Assembly (NCBI GenBank): GCA_012837425.1
Contig: DURE01000022.1
Span: forward strand, 21,067-85,066
Length of the DNA stretch: 64,000 bases
From: Clostridiales bacterium
GTDB lineage: Bacteria; Bacillota; Clostridia; Oscillospirales; CAG-272
Direction: 5' to 3'
The notes beneath the pieces were generated by a model that did not search any database, was not told where the DNA came from, and saw only the letters and a program-made list of their open reading frames with translations. Position numbers and translations under genes: made by a program. Positions within the stretch are counted from its first letter, which is position 1. Every line of letters starts with the position of its first letter. Shown here piece after piece: positions 49,430 through 59,272 of the stretch.

Positions 49430-50152
49430 TTATTCAAGTATGTTTGTGGTTATCATGTCGACACCAAAGCCGATAAGTTCCAGAGCGCGGGCGGGGTCGT
49501 CAACCGTCCAGCAGTTCAGGGTAATCCCGGCAGCCTTGATGGCGGCGGTGTTTTCGGCATTCAGCGCTTCGTGTTTTATATCGAGGTCAAGCTTATGTTC
49601 GAGCAGCCGCCCTATAAGCGAGTCTTCATAGGTTGATATGAGGAACTGGGCCGGCTGCTCGGGGTACTTCTTACGCAGTATTACAAGATTGTCAAAGTTG
49701 AAGGATATGAAAATCACCCCGTGAAGATAGCCTAGCGCTTCTGCGGTGTCGCATATGCGGTATATTTCATCTTCGGTCATCGCGCCCTTGAGTTCAAGTA
49801 CGGCAACCTTGCCGTATTTTTTGTTTATCAGGATATATTCCTCAAGCGTGGAGATACGCAGGTCATTTCTCGATTTTGTCCCGTCAATATCGGTGAGCAC
49901 CAGCGAGCGCAGGGTGTCGAAGGTTGACTCTTCGACCACCAGGCTGTCGATACCTATGCGGGCGGTGGTTTTGTCGTGGAAGAGGACGAATTTTTTGTCG
50001 AGTGTGCGCCGGATGTCGGTTTCGATGCCGTAGTAGCTGCGGTTGGCGGCGGCCACAAAGGCCGCGTTGGTGTTCTCTCGCTCGATTCCCGAGAGCCCCC
50101 GGTGAGCGATAAGTTTGACATTCTTTTTTTCGGGGATTTTAATGGTGTCCAT
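49430..50152 (-). CDS. glycerophosphodiester phosphodiesterase family protein
   Basis: 240 aa with LIAHRGLSGIERENTNAAF and GIETDIR, the GDPD catalytic blocks. Confidence 0.85.
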   Translation of the reverse strand: MDTIKIPEKKNVKLIAHRGLSGIERENTNAAFVAAANRSYYGIETDIRRTLDKKFVLFHDKTTARIGIDSLVVEESTFDTLRSLVLTDIDGTKSRNDLRISTLEEYILINKKYGKVAVLELKGAMTEDEIYRICDTAEALGYLHGVIFISFNFDNLVILRKKYPEQPAQFLISTYEDSLIGRLLEHKLDLDIKHEALNAENTAAIKAAGITLNCWTVDDPARALELIGFGVDMITTNILE

Positions 50153-50381
50153 GGCGGCTTCCTTTCATGTTTTCGGTAAATTTATACAGCTTAGTATAGC
50201 ACAGGCCGCCCTTTTTGTCAACGCCAAAGAAGTCCCTGCAATAGCCGGCAATTCAAAAAGTTTGTCCGGGACAGGTCTACAAAGGAGGGCAGGGCAATAT
50301 ACTGTAGTGTACCGAAGAGGAGCGGCAGACCGGTGTGGCGCCGCAACTCAGGCCGACACACAAGGAGAGGCAAAGGAAAGG

Positions 50382-51314
50382 ATGCGGACAGTAATAATCA
50401 ACCGCGAGGAGGAAAAAACCATCCCCGCGTCGCTTGAGAACCTGCTGCCTTTCCGTCTTACAGACGCGGTTAGAAGGGCGGCAGAGCAGCCGGAGGTAGG
50501 GATTGTTGAGGAGATAAGGCTCAGACGCGGCAGGTGCGCGTCTTTGACCTCGGGAGGCCGGAACATAATCCTTGACGTGGTGCTGGGCGGCGATGAGATG
50601 GAGGGCGTGATGAACCGGCTTTGCGGCGGTTCGCTCTACGCCTACAGCGACACCATCTGCCGCGGCTACATAACCCTCGCCGGCGGTGTCCGTGCCGGCA
50701 TATGCGGGCGGGCTGCCATAGACAACGGGCGGATAATCGGGGTTAGCGAGGTGTCGTCGATTGTTCTCCGCCTGCCTCACCGCACGCCCGGGGTGGGGGG
50801 CGAGCTCTGCCGGCTGCTTGTGTCCTTGGGGCTTAGCCGCGGGGTACTGGTGTATTCTCCTCCGGGAGTCGGCAAGACCACGGTGCTCAGAGGCGCCGCG
50901 GCTCAGCTTGCGTCGGGCTCTTGTCCCCTGCGTGTCGCCGTTGTGGACACGCGCGGGGAGCTTTGTGTGGGGCTGGACATGGCCATGCTGACAATTGACA
51001 TACTCTCGGGTTATCCCCGGGGAGAGGGGATAGAAATAGCCGCGCGGACACTCGGCGCTCAGGTGATAATCTGCGACGAAATAGGTGATACCAAAGAGGC
51101 CGAGGCTATTATGAACGTGCATAACTGCGGCGTGCCCCTGCTGGCCTCGGCCCACGCCGCGCGGCTTGAGGAGCTGATGAAAAAGCCGGGGATAGCGGTT
51201 CTGCACAAAAGCCGGTGCTTCGGGGTCTACGCCGGGCTGCGCCGGGTGGCTGGGCGGCCCTTCGTCTATAATTACGACATATCGGGCTGGGAGGCGGCGG
51301 ATGAGCTTTTATAA
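50382..51314 (+). CDS. spoIIIAA: stage III sporulation protein AA (ATPase)
   Basis: 310 aa from ATG 50382. Contains EIRLRRGR, Walker A SPPGVGKTT and Walker B-like VIICDEIG. It is the first gene of an eight-gene spoIIIA cluster. The track's 5' extension lacks support. Confidence 0.9.
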   Translation: MRTVIINREEEKTIPASLENLLPFRLTDAVRRAAEQPEVGIVEEIRLRRGRCASLTSGGRNIILDVVLGGDEMEGVMNRLCGGSLYAYSDTICRGYITLAGGVRAGICGRAAIDNGRIIGVSEVSSIVLRLPHRTPGVGGELCRLLVSLGLSRGVLVYSPPGVGKTTVLRGAAAQLASGSCPLRVAVVDTRGELCVGLDMAMLTIDILSGYPRGEGIEIAARTLGAQVIICDEIGDTKEAEAIMNVHNCGVPLLASAHAARLEELMKKPGIAVLHKSRCFGVYAGLRRVAGRPFVYNYDISGWEAADELL

Positions 51315-51792
51315 GGCGGCCGGGGCGGTGCTGCTGCTTTTCGGCGGGGTCAGCTTAGGACGAGCCCTGTGCCAGAAGATTGAGGCAGGTTTTGCCCAGA
51401 CCGAGGGCTTTATTGCCCTTCTCAAATACATTCGCAATCAGATAGACTGCTACCTCATGCCGGTCGACAAAATCCTTGCCGGCTGCGACCCGGGGATTCT
51501 TGAGACCTGCGGTGTTAGCGCTGACGCCGACCTGTCGGTAATACACAGCTTTTCCGAATTGCTCGACTGCTGCGAACTCTGCATATCCGAGGTGTTGGCA
51601 GAGCTGCTCCGGAAATTTGCAGGCGAGCTGGGTACAAGCTATCGGGACACGCAGCTTAAAATCTGCGATTATTACATAGGAAAGCTTACCGCCGAGCGCG
51701 ACCGGTTGCAGGCCGAGCTTCCTGCGCGCCGGAAGATGATAATGACTATATGCATCTCTACTTTTGCCGGCGTTGCCGTTATTATGATATAG
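51301..51792 (+). CDS. spoIIIAB: stage III sporulation protein AB
   Basis: 163 aa with an N-terminal TM segment. Operon position and size match. Its start overlaps the spoIIIAA stop. Confidence 0.8.
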   Translation: MSFYKAAGAVLLLFGGVSLGRALCQKIEAGFAQTEGFIALLKYIRNQIDCYLMPVDKILAGCDPGILETCGVSADADLSVIHSFSELLDCCELCISEVLAELLRKFAGELGTSYRDTQLKICDYYIGKLTAERDRLQAELPARRKMIMTICISTFAGVAVIMI

Positions 51793-51872
51793 TATAAAAA
51801 TACACCGAACGCCAGGCTATTGCTGCCGGTTCTGTCCGGAAAACAGTCGGGCGGCGGAGGGAATTTTGTAAA

Positions 51873-52067
51873 ATGGGAATTTCACTAATACTTAAGGTGG
51901 CGGGCGTTGGCCTGCTGGTCTCGGCGGCCCTTCAGGTGCTGCCCAAAGCAAGCCGGGAAGAATATTCGCCGTATGTCATTTTAAGCGGCTTTGTCGTGGT
52001 GTTGCTCATGCTCCTGCCCGAGATAGGCGAGCTCTTCGACACGCTGCGCGGCATTTTCGGATTCTGA
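51873..52067 (+). CDS. spoIIIAC: stage III sporulation protein AC
   Basis: 64 aa with two TM helices. MGISLILKVAGVGLLVSAAL... parallels B. subtilis SpoIIIAC. Confidence 0.85.
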   Translation: MGISLILKVAGVGLLVSAALQVLPKASREEYSPYVILSGFVVVLLMLLPEIGELFDTLRGIFGF

Positions 52068-52459
52068 TGGAAAGCTGGCAGATCTGCGGCGTTGCGCTGC
52101 TCTTTACCATGGCGGCGGTGGTTGTCCGTCAGCTGCGCGCTGAGTTTGCCCTCCCGGTCCGGCTTGCCGGGACAGTGGCGTTGCTCGGGATTGCCGTAGC
52201 TGTTGGAGTTCCGCTTTTTGATTACCTCGGGCGGATGATTTCGGCGTCTGCTCTCTCGGAATACGCTGCGATACTTATAAAGGCGCTGGGAATTGCCATG
52301 CTCACACATATAACCGCCGAGGTCTGCCGGGACTGCGGGGAGAGTTCGGCGGCCTCATATGTGGAGCTGGCCGGAAAGCTTGAAATACTTCTGCTGAGCC
52401 TGCCTCTCGTTGCTTCTATCCTTGAGACGGCGGCAGAGATACTTAACTGGCAGACATGA
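52067..52459 (+). CDS. spoIIIAD: stage III sporulation protein AD
   Basis: 130-aa multi-TM protein with a TGATG start/stop overlap with spoIIIAC. Confidence 0.85.
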   Translation: MESWQICGVALLFTMAAVVVRQLRAEFALPVRLAGTVALLGIAVAVGVPLFDYLGRMISASALSEYAAILIKALGIAMLTHITAEVCRDCGESSAASYVELAGKLEILLLSLPLVASILETAAEILNWQT

Positions 52460-53601
52460 AAAGGATTTTTAAAGCAGCGGCGGCACTGGCCACTGCAATT
52501 ATCCTCGCCACAGCTCTCGCCCCGGCTGCGTCGGCGTCGGACTATGAGGCCTATGGCGAGGAGTACGAGCAGATGCTCGACGGCATTCCCGAGGATATTG
52601 CGCGGCTGCTTCCCGACGGTATTTTCTCGGACAACCCGGAGGAAATATACGGTGCGGTCAGCGAGATAAGCGGTTTTCGGTACATATTCAGGACTGCGGC
52701 AGAGCTCTCGGGGGTCAGGCTGGGCAACGCACTGCGGCTCTTTGCCCTTTTGCTCGGACTGCTGGTCCTCTCGGCGCTCTTGCGCTCGGTGCGGGAGCTG
52801 GTCAAATCTCCGGCGCTATCGCAGGCCGTGTCGCTCTGCAGCATGTCGGCGATTCTCGCGGCGGTGGTCTCGGTGCAGTACGAAATGCTAAGTGCAGTGT
52901 CCCGCTTTCTCGACCAGCTCAACCTCATGGCAAACTCGATGATTCCGATAATGGGCGCGCTTTATGCAATGGGGGGCAATGTCTCGGCGGCAGTGGTAAA
53001 CAACAGCGCGATGATGATTTTTCTGACGGTGACCGAGAACATCTGCAACCGCACGGTGATACCGGTCACGGCTATTTGCCTTGCGCTGGCGCTGGTGTCG
53101 GTTTTTGCGCCTACTATCGATCTTCGGGGTATCACGGCGGTAATCAAGAGAACCTATACCTTTATCATCGGGTTTGTCATGACCCTGCTTATCACCGTGC
53201 TGGCCGCGCAGTCGACCTTAACGGCCGCGGGCGACAGTCTTGCTGCCCGGGCGGCGAGATTTATGGCCGGCAGCTTTATCCCGGTGGTCGGAGGCTCGGT
53301 CGGCGAGAGCCTGAAGACAGTCGCCGGCAGCATCGAGTACATCCGCGCCTGCGTCGGGGTGGGAGGCATCATCATTATAATACTGCTGCTCCTGCCGACC
53401 CTGCTCTTGATTGCCGCCACGCGGCTGGCCTTCATGGCGGCCGGCACGGTGTCAAAGCTGCTCGGCTGCAGCGAGGAGTCAAATCTTCTGGGCGAGCTGA
53501 CCAACATATACGGCTACCTGCTCGCCGTGGTCTGTTCCTGCTCGGTGCTCTTTATATTTGCCCTGACGCTGCTGGCAAGAACCTCAGCGGCCATAGGGTA
53601 G
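52456..53601 (+). CDS. spoIIIAE: stage III sporulation protein AE
   Basis: 381 aa with a signal peptide plus multiple TM helices. Operon position and size match. Confidence 0.85.
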   Translation: MKRIFKAAAALATAIILATALAPAASASDYEAYGEEYEQMLDGIPEDIARLLPDGIFSDNPEEIYGAVSEISGFRYIFRTAAELSGVRLGNALRLFALLLGLLVLSALLRSVRELVKSPALSQAVSLCSMSAILAAVVSVQYEMLSAVSRFLDQLNLMANSMIPIMGALYAMGGNVSAAVVNNSAMMIFLTVTENICNRTVIPVTAICLALALVSVFAPTIDLRGITAVIKRTYTFIIGFVMTLLITVLAAQSTLTAAGDSLAARAARFMAGSFIPVVGGSVGESLKTVAGSIEYIRACVGVGGIIIIILLLLPTLLLIAATRLAFMAAGTVSKLLGCSEESNLLGELTNIYGYLLAVVCSCSVLFIFALTLLARTSAAIG

Positions 53602-53647
53602 GTCAGAATCACCGCGCAGTGCGGGCGGGCGGAGAAAGGAGTATGAC

Positions 53648-54130
53648 ATGCGCGAGTATCTTATGAGCGTTATCGGCGCGGCGCTTCTGGTCGGGGTGGT
53701 AGGCATGATAATTCCGGCTGGGGCCGGCGAGGGGCTGAAAAGGCATGTCGGGCTTGTCGGCTCGCTTTGCGTGCTCTGCATTCTGATTTCACCGGCGACA
53801 AAGGTGCTGGGCACTCTGTCCGAGTTCTCGGAGGGCGGCTGGTCGGGTTGGTTTGAGGAGAGCGGTGAGGAATATAGCCGGAAGTATTCGGATTTTCTCC
53901 TGTCGGTGGGCAAGGAGAACATCGAGCGGGGCATTGTGGCCCTGCTCGGCGAGAAGTTCGGGATTCCCGAGAGCGAATGCTCGGTGACGGCCGAGGTGCG
54001 GGAACGGGACGGCGAGCTTGAGGTGGTGCGGGTTACCGTTGTTCTGACTGGTAAATCGGTGCTCCGCGACCCGTATGCCATCGAGGCTTACATATCCGGC
54101 CTTCTGGGCTGCGAATGCATAGTTAAATAG
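53648..54130 (+). CDS. spoIIIAF: stage III sporulation protein AF
   Basis: 160 aa with an N-terminal TM pair then a soluble domain. The call rests mainly on position and size. Confidence 0.7.
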   Translation: MREYLMSVIGAALLVGVVGMIIPAGAGEGLKRHVGLVGSLCVLCILISPATKVLGTLSEFSEGGWSGWFEESGEEYSRKYSDFLLSVGKENIERGIVALLGEKFGIPESECSVTAEVRERDGELEVVRVTVVLTGKSVLRDPYAIEAYISGLLGCECIVK

Positions 54131-54149
54131 GAAAAGGGAGACTGGCATC

Positions 54150-54674
54150 ATGACACTTCAGGGCGGCATAAACAAGGGAGCCGACAAAAAAATACTGTCA
54201 AAGAAAAACCGGAACATGCTGTTTCTGGCCTGCTGTGTGCTGCTCGGGATAACGCTTCTGCTTTATGGCAGCGGAAAATTCGGCGAAAAACCCGCAAAGT
54301 CCGAGAAGAACGACCAGTATTACCTGCTTGAGCAGTATATCTCGGATTTGGAGGAGAGCATCACAAGGCTCTGCTCGAATGTCTCGGGGGTGTCGGACGT
54401 GCGGGTGGCGGTGACATTGGAGAGTGGCTTTGAGTATGTGTACGCCACCGATTCAAGGACGCGGCCCGACGGAGCTGTTGAAATTAAGTATATAACCATA
54501 GGCAGCGGTAGCAGCGAGGTGGCGGTGTATATCACCGAGAAGCTGCCCGAGATAGCCGGTATAGGCATAGTCTGCCGCGGGGGCTCCGACCCGGCCATAC
54601 AGCAGAAGCTGCTCGCGCTGATAAGCGCGGCGTACAACGTCAAAACGAATAAAATTTACATAACCGGAACATAA
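54150..54674 (+). CDS. spoIIIAG: stage III sporulation protein AG
   Basis: 174 aa with an N-terminal TM segment and a C-terminal ring-building-motif-like domain (GVSDVRVAVTLESG...GIGIVCRGG). Confidence 0.8.
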   Translation: MTLQGGINKGADKKILSKKNRNMLFLACCVLLGITLLLYGSGKFGEKPAKSEKNDQYYLLEQYISDLEESITRLCSNVSGVSDVRVAVTLESGFEYVYATDSRTRPDGAVEIKYITIGSGSSEVAVYITEKLPEIAGIGIVCRGGSDPAIQQKLLALISAAYNVKTNKIYITGT

Positions 54675-54760
54675 AATTGCCGTGCTTGGCATACCGGGGG
54701 CAAAGCTCAAATATAATGTACCACAACATTGAATACCGATTATTTTGGAGGTAAGTTGAA

Positions 54761-55342
54761 ATGGTTTACGAGGAAGAGGTAAGGACATCGCCGCTGAAAA
54801 ATTTTGTCAATAAAATAGGCAAGCGCAACCTGATTATCATCGGGGTGGTGCTGCTTATCGGAGTTGCGGTCTGGGTAAATTGGATGATTTTTTCGGGCAA
54901 CGACCCGGGTTATACGGGGTATGACAAGAATTCGGGGATGGACACAAACTACGGCGTCGATACCGAGGCAAATGTTGAGGACACCGGCTCAAATCTCGAC
55001 AGCTACTTTGCGTCAACCCAGATAAGCCGTCAGCGGGCAAGGGACGAGGCGCTCGAGGTGCTGCAGAGTGTGGTCGACAATGCCTCGGCCGACGAGGTCA
55101 CAAGAAATCAGGCGCTCGCCGATATCAGCAAAATAGCAAAGGACATGGAGGCCGAGGCCAATATTGAAACGCTGATAGTCGCCAAGGGCTTTGCCCAGTG
55201 TGTGGCGGTGGTAAACGGCGGCATGGCCACCATTGTGGTCGAGGCCGAGAATCTCACACCCAGCGATATTGCGATAATCAACGAAATTGTCTATGACCAG
55301 ACCGGTATCAAGCCGATAAACATAACTATCACCAAAAAGTAA
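54761..55342 (+). CDS. spoIIIAH: stage III sporulation protein AH
   Basis: 193 aa with an N-terminal TM segment and a C-terminal YscJ/FliF-like domain (EANIETLIVAKGFAQCVAVVNGGMATIVV). Confidence 0.8.
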   Translation: MVYEEEVRTSPLKNFVNKIGKRNLIIIGVVLLIGVAVWVNWMIFSGNDPGYTGYDKNSGMDTNYGVDTEANVEDTGSNLDSYFASTQISRQRARDEALEVLQSVVDNASADEVTRNQALADISKIAKDMEAEANIETLIVAKGFAQCVAVVNGGMATIVVEAENLTPSDIAIINEIVYDQTGIKPINITITKK

Positions 55343-55353
55343 GCGGGGACCTG

Positions 55354-55387
55354 AAAAACCGGAAGTCAAAAGCTTCCGGTTTTTTTC
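55354..55387 (+). terminator. rho-independent terminator after spoIIIAH
   Basis: CCGGAAG (55359-55365) pairs with CTTCCGG (55373-55379) and is followed by T7. Confidence 0.85.
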
Positions 55388-55393
55388 GGTTTT

Positions 55394-56473
55394 TTGGCAG
55401 GGCTAGCATCTGGAAGGAGTGAGTTTGTTACGGAAACCGGTTTTTTTGCCGCCTCGAACAGCGGCAGGGGGTTCAAAAACTATTTCGGGCAGGTATTCGG
55501 CCGGGCCGACCGGATATTTGTGGTCAAGGGCGGGCCGGGCACCGGTAAGAGCCGTTTTATGCGCGAGGTCGCCGGGCATGCCGAGGCGGCCGGCTGGCAG
55601 GCCGAGTATTATTACTGTTCCTCCGACCCGGCCTCGCTTGACGGAGTTTTGCTCAGAAAACAAGAGAGATCGGTGGCGATAATCGACGGCACGCCGCCGC
55701 ACCCCTGGGAACCGGCGCTGCCCGGGGTGAGGGAAGAACTGGTAAACCTCGGCGAGTTCTGGGACTCGGCAAAGCTATCGGCGGCAGGTGGGGAAATCCG
55801 CGCGTTGACAGAAAAGCGTACGGCCCTCTGGCGTATGACCTACAGGTGGCTTGCCGGCTGTCTTGACATGTGCGAGGCGATAAAGTCGGTGGGTGCCGCC
55901 TGTCTTGACTCAGGCGCTCTGCGCGCCGGGGCCGAGGCGATTTTAGCCGGGGTTCCTGACGGGGAAAAATGGAGCCTGCGGCCGGCCTTGATCTCGGCGG
56001 TCAGCATGGCCGGTAGCGTGTACTCGGAGCATTTCATCAGGTGTGCCTCCACTCTCTTTGTGATAAAAGACAGATACATGACGTCGCACATACTGCTCGG
56101 TGAGGTACTGAGGCTGGCCGAGGCCAAAAAGCTGTCACTGCTTGTGTCATATGACCCTGTTGACGCCGACCGGGCCGACGGGATTTATATCGAGGACAGC
56201 CGGGTGGCGCTTGTGGTTTCGGAATTTAATTTCGGCCGGGAGTGCATAAACATCGACATGGATGAGTTTATAACACCCCCCGACAAAAAGATGAGAGCCC
56301 GGGCTGAATACGCCGAGCGCTGCCGGGCGGCTATGCTCGCGGGAGCGATCGATGTGCTGGGCGAGATTCGGGACTGCCACTTTCAGCTTGAAGAAATCTA
56401 CACCTCGGCAATGGATTTTGAAGCGAAGGAGACCTTTACCCGGGAATTTTGTGAGGAGAATTTTCCTATATGA
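55394..56473 (+). CDS. P-loop ATPase of unknown function (resembles the Firmicute PRK06851-type family)
   Basis: 359-aa track ORF from a TTG with no RBS. Contains Walker A KGGPGTGKSRFM and an N-terminal FFAASNSGRGFKNYF. The start is uncertain; see the finding on the T7 tract at 55441-55447. Confidence 0.6.
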   Translation: MAGLASGRSEFVTETGFFAASNSGRGFKNYFGQVFGRADRIFVVKGGPGTGKSRFMREVAGHAEAAGWQAEYYYCSSDPASLDGVLLRKQERSVAIIDGTPPHPWEPALPGVREELVNLGEFWDSAKLSAAGGEIRALTEKRTALWRMTYRWLAGCLDMCEAIKSVGAACLDSGALRAGAEAILAGVPDGEKWSLRPALISAVSMAGSVYSEHFIRCASTLFVIKDRYMTSHILLGEVLRLAEAKKLSLLVSYDPVDADRADGIYIEDSRVALVVSEFNFGRECINIDMDEFITPPDKKMRARAEYAERCRAAMLAGAIDVLGEIRDCHFQLEEIYTSAMDFEAKETFTREFCEENFPI

Positions 56474-56497
56474 TTGCCGGAGCGGACTTTATATGCT

Positions 56498-56535
56498 AAA
56501 ATAAAAGGGACGGCAGCACCGTCCCTCTTATTTTT
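56498..56535. terminator. bidirectional terminator between the ATPase gene and ackA
   Basis: GGGACGG (56507-56513) pairs with CCGTCCC (56519-56525), with A-rich left and T-rich right flanks. Confidence 0.75.
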
Positions 56536-56540
56536 GAAAA

Positions 56541-57803
56541 TTATTTTTTCCCGAGTTCCGACACGATTTTGGCGGTATCACGGGCGATTACTATCTCCTC
56601 GTTGGTGGGAATCATGTAGACAAACACCTTTGAGGTGTCGGTGGAGAGCTTGAGTACATTGGGCTGGCGCACGGCGCGGTCGTTGGCTTCCTTGTCAATT
56701 TCAATCCCGAGGAAAGAGAGCCCGGAGCAGACCTCTTCGCGCAGGCGCGGGTTGTTCTCGCCGATGCCGGCGGTAAATACAATGGCGTCAAGGCCGTTCA
56801 TGGCGGCGGCATATGCCCCGATATATTTCTTAATCTGGTAGTGTAGAATTGAGAAACAAAGCCTGGCGCGGTAATAGTCGGGGCGGGGGTTGTCGGGGTC
56901 GGGCGGCGCGTTGGGACCGGCCAGAATTGCCCGTTCGATGTCGCGCGCGTCGTTATAACCGGTAATTCCGAGGAAACCGCATTCCTTGTTCATGTATTCG
57001 TTCATCCGGTCGGGAGTAAATCCCTTCTTATCCATGATGTATGTAACTATGGCGGGGTCAATGGAGCCGCAGCGGGTTCCCATTTCAATGCCGTCAAGCG
57101 GGGTAAATCCCATCGAGGTGTCGATTACCTTCCCATCGCGTATAGCCGAGATTGACGAGCCGTTCCCGAGGTGGCAGGTGACAATCTTTGTATCCTTTGT
57201 CTTGCCGGCTTTGGCAAGTATGTCCTGCATCACCCCCGAGACATAGCGGTGGCTTGTCCCGTGGGCGCCGTAGCGGCGGATTTTGTATTTTTCATACATG
57301 TCGTATGAGACGGGATAAAAGTATGCCTCCTCGGGCATTGTCCGGTGGAAGGCGGTGTCGAACACCAGCACCTCGGGCACCTGGGGCATGACCTCAAGAC
57401 AAGCTTTGATACCCATCAGGTGGGCTTCGGTGTGCAGGGGGGCAAAATCGCGGCACCCTTCAAGTTCTTTGATAACCTCGGGGCTCACCAGCACGCTTTC
57501 AACGAAAAAGGGGCCGCCGTGAACCACGCGGTGACCTACCGCATCTATTTCGGCCATCGAGCCAATACAGCCGAACGCCGGGTCGGTCAGCATATCGACA
57601 ACTATGCGCATCGCGTCGGCATGATTGCTCATCGGCATTTCCTTCTGATACCTTACACCTTTGATGAGCTGCCTGTGGTCGATTTCGGAACCTTCCTGAC
57701 CTATGCGCTCGCAAATCCCCCTTGCAAACACTACCTCGGTATCCGAGTCAATAAGCTGATACTTCAGAGAGCTGCTTCCCGCGTTGACAACAAGAACCTT
57801 CAT
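56541..57803 (-). CDS. ackA: acetate kinase
   Basis: 420 aa from ATG 57803. Contains MKVLVVNAGSSSLKYQL, VGHRVVHGG and AGIGENN. Confidence 0.95.
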   Translation of the reverse strand: MKVLVVNAGSSSLKYQLIDSDTEVVFARGICERIGQEGSEIDHRQLIKGVRYQKEMPMSNHADAMRIVVDMLTDPAFGCIGSMAEIDAVGHRVVHGGPFFVESVLVSPEVIKELEGCRDFAPLHTEAHLMGIKACLEVMPQVPEVLVFDTAFHRTMPEEAYFYPVSYDMYEKYKIRRYGAHGTSHRYVSGVMQDILAKAGKTKDTKIVTCHLGNGSSISAIRDGKVIDTSMGFTPLDGIEMGTRCGSIDPAIVTYIMDKKGFTPDRMNEYMNKECGFLGITGYNDARDIERAILAGPNAPPDPDNPRPDYYRARLCFSILHYQIKKYIGAYAAAMNGLDAIVFTAGIGENNPRLREEVCSGLSFLGIEIDKEANDRAVRQPNVLKLSTDTSKVFVYMIPTNEEIVIARDTAKIVSELGKK

Positions 57804-58008
57804 TTTATTGAGTTTTTCCTCCGAGAAATATGCAAAAAAATATCCGGCAGAATCAGCCACTCTGCCAGGCAGCCGGCGATGCTGCGCTGCGGCACAAAAA
57901 TACGCCTCATCTATTATATCATGTTTAAATCGAATTTACAAGGAAAACATAAAAAAATCCGCAAAATATAAGGCGGCTTTGATGTCGCTGGAGGCAAAAG
58001 GGAGAGTT

Positions 58009-59202
58009 ATGAAAATCACGGGAGTTGTCTGCGAGTTCAATCCCTTTCACAAGGGGCACGAATATCTGCTCAGGTCGCTGCGCGCGCGGGGGGCCGAGCT
58101 CATTGTCTGCGCCATGAGCGGCAGCTTTGTTCAGCGCGGGGAGCCGGCAATAGCCGACAAATATTCGCGCGCGGCGATGGCCGCCCTGTGCGGGGCTGAT
58201 GTCGTGGTCGAGCTGCCATATCCTTTTTCTGCGGCAAGCGCCGAGTACTTTGCGGCGGCGGGGGTGGCGGTGCTTAGCGCTTTGGGGGTCGACACGCTGG
58301 GGTTCGGCAGCGAGTGCGGCGATATTGAAGCGATGAACGAGGCCGCCGAGGTGGTCTCGGGCAGGGATTTTATTGAATGCTACCGCCGGCGCTGCCTTGG
58401 GGGCGAGGGTGCGGCGGCAGCTTATTTCGGAGCCTTCAGGGAAGTGGCCGGGTATGACATGCCGTCGGGGTCAAACGACATTCTCGGGCTTGAGTATATC
58501 AAGGCGGCGAGGCGGGCCGGGTCGGGGCTGGAATTTGAGACTGTAAAGCGGGTAGGCTCGGCCTACAGGAGCGGGGAGGTCGACAGTGAGCTGCCCTCGG
58601 CCAGCGCCGTTCGCAGGCTGATACTGACTTCGGGAGTCGAGAGTGTGAGCCGGTATATACCCAAGGCGGCAATGCGTCAGCTTACGGCGGCCCTTGAGCG
58701 CGGGTTGGCCCCGGCCGACATAAAATTTGCCGAGCGGGCTATATTGTCGCACTTGAGACTCGGCAGCCCCGGGGTCTTCAGAGAAACCGCCGAGGGGGGC
58801 GACGGGCTGGGTGGCCGGCTTCACAGGGCGGCGCTTTGCTCTGTTGGGTTTGACGAGCTGCTCGGCCGCGCCTCGGCCAAGAACTACACCGACACCAGGC
58901 TCCGCCGAGCGGTGCTGTTTTGTCTGACAGAGGTCAAAAAAGCCGACCTCAAAGGCCGGCCTGCGTACACCCTGCTGCTTGCCGCAAGTCGGCGGGGACT
59001 CGAATATCTGAAAAAAATCCGCGGGAAAACCCATATCCCCATAATAACCAAGCCGGCAGACGTGCGGGCGCTGGGCGAGGGGGCGGCAAGGCAGAGATAT
59101 TTGGCCCAGAAGGCCGAGGCGCTCTGGACGCTGATGTTGCAGTCGCCGGCGCCGGCAGGTGAGCTGACAAGAGCAAGGCCGGTGATTTTGCGGGGTGACT
59201 GA
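58009..59202 (+). CDS. tmcAL: tRNA(Met) cytidine acetate ligase (YlbM/TmcAL family nucleotidyltransferase)
   Basis: 397 aa from ATG 58009 (GGGAGAG RBS). MKITGVVCEFNPFHKGHEYLL...MSGSFVQRGEPAIADKYSRA...ELPY parallels B. subtilis TmcAL. Confidence 0.85.
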   Translation: MKITGVVCEFNPFHKGHEYLLRSLRARGAELIVCAMSGSFVQRGEPAIADKYSRAAMAALCGADVVVELPYPFSAASAEYFAAAGVAVLSALGVDTLGFGSECGDIEAMNEAAEVVSGRDFIECYRRRCLGGEGAAAAYFGAFREVAGYDMPSGSNDILGLEYIKAARRAGSGLEFETVKRVGSAYRSGEVDSELPSASAVRRLILTSGVESVSRYIPKAAMRQLTAALERGLAPADIKFAERAILSHLRLGSPGVFRETAEGGDGLGGRLHRAALCSVGFDELLGRASAKNYTDTRLRRAVLFCLTEVKKADLKGRPAYTLLLAASRRGLEYLKKIRGKTHIPIITKPADVRALGEGAARQRYLAQKAEALWTLMLQSPAPAGELTRARPVILRGD

Positions 59203-59272
59203 GGCTTTTGGCTGCTGCCAGGTCAGGCTGTCACAAAAAACAGGCAGCCAAATCTTGTGACTGCCTGAGCCT

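Noticed and set aside
50115-50381. An 89-codon 5' extension of spoIIIAA in the track (399 aa).
   Set aside because: The extension overlaps the divergent GDPD gene start and its promoter region. The ATG at 50382 gives the canonical roughly 310-aa SpoIIIAA.
50277-51206. A 309-aa ORF antisense to spoIIIAA.
   Set aside because: It is a shadow ORF. The plus strand encodes the SpoIIIAA ATPase with a Walker A motif and operon context.
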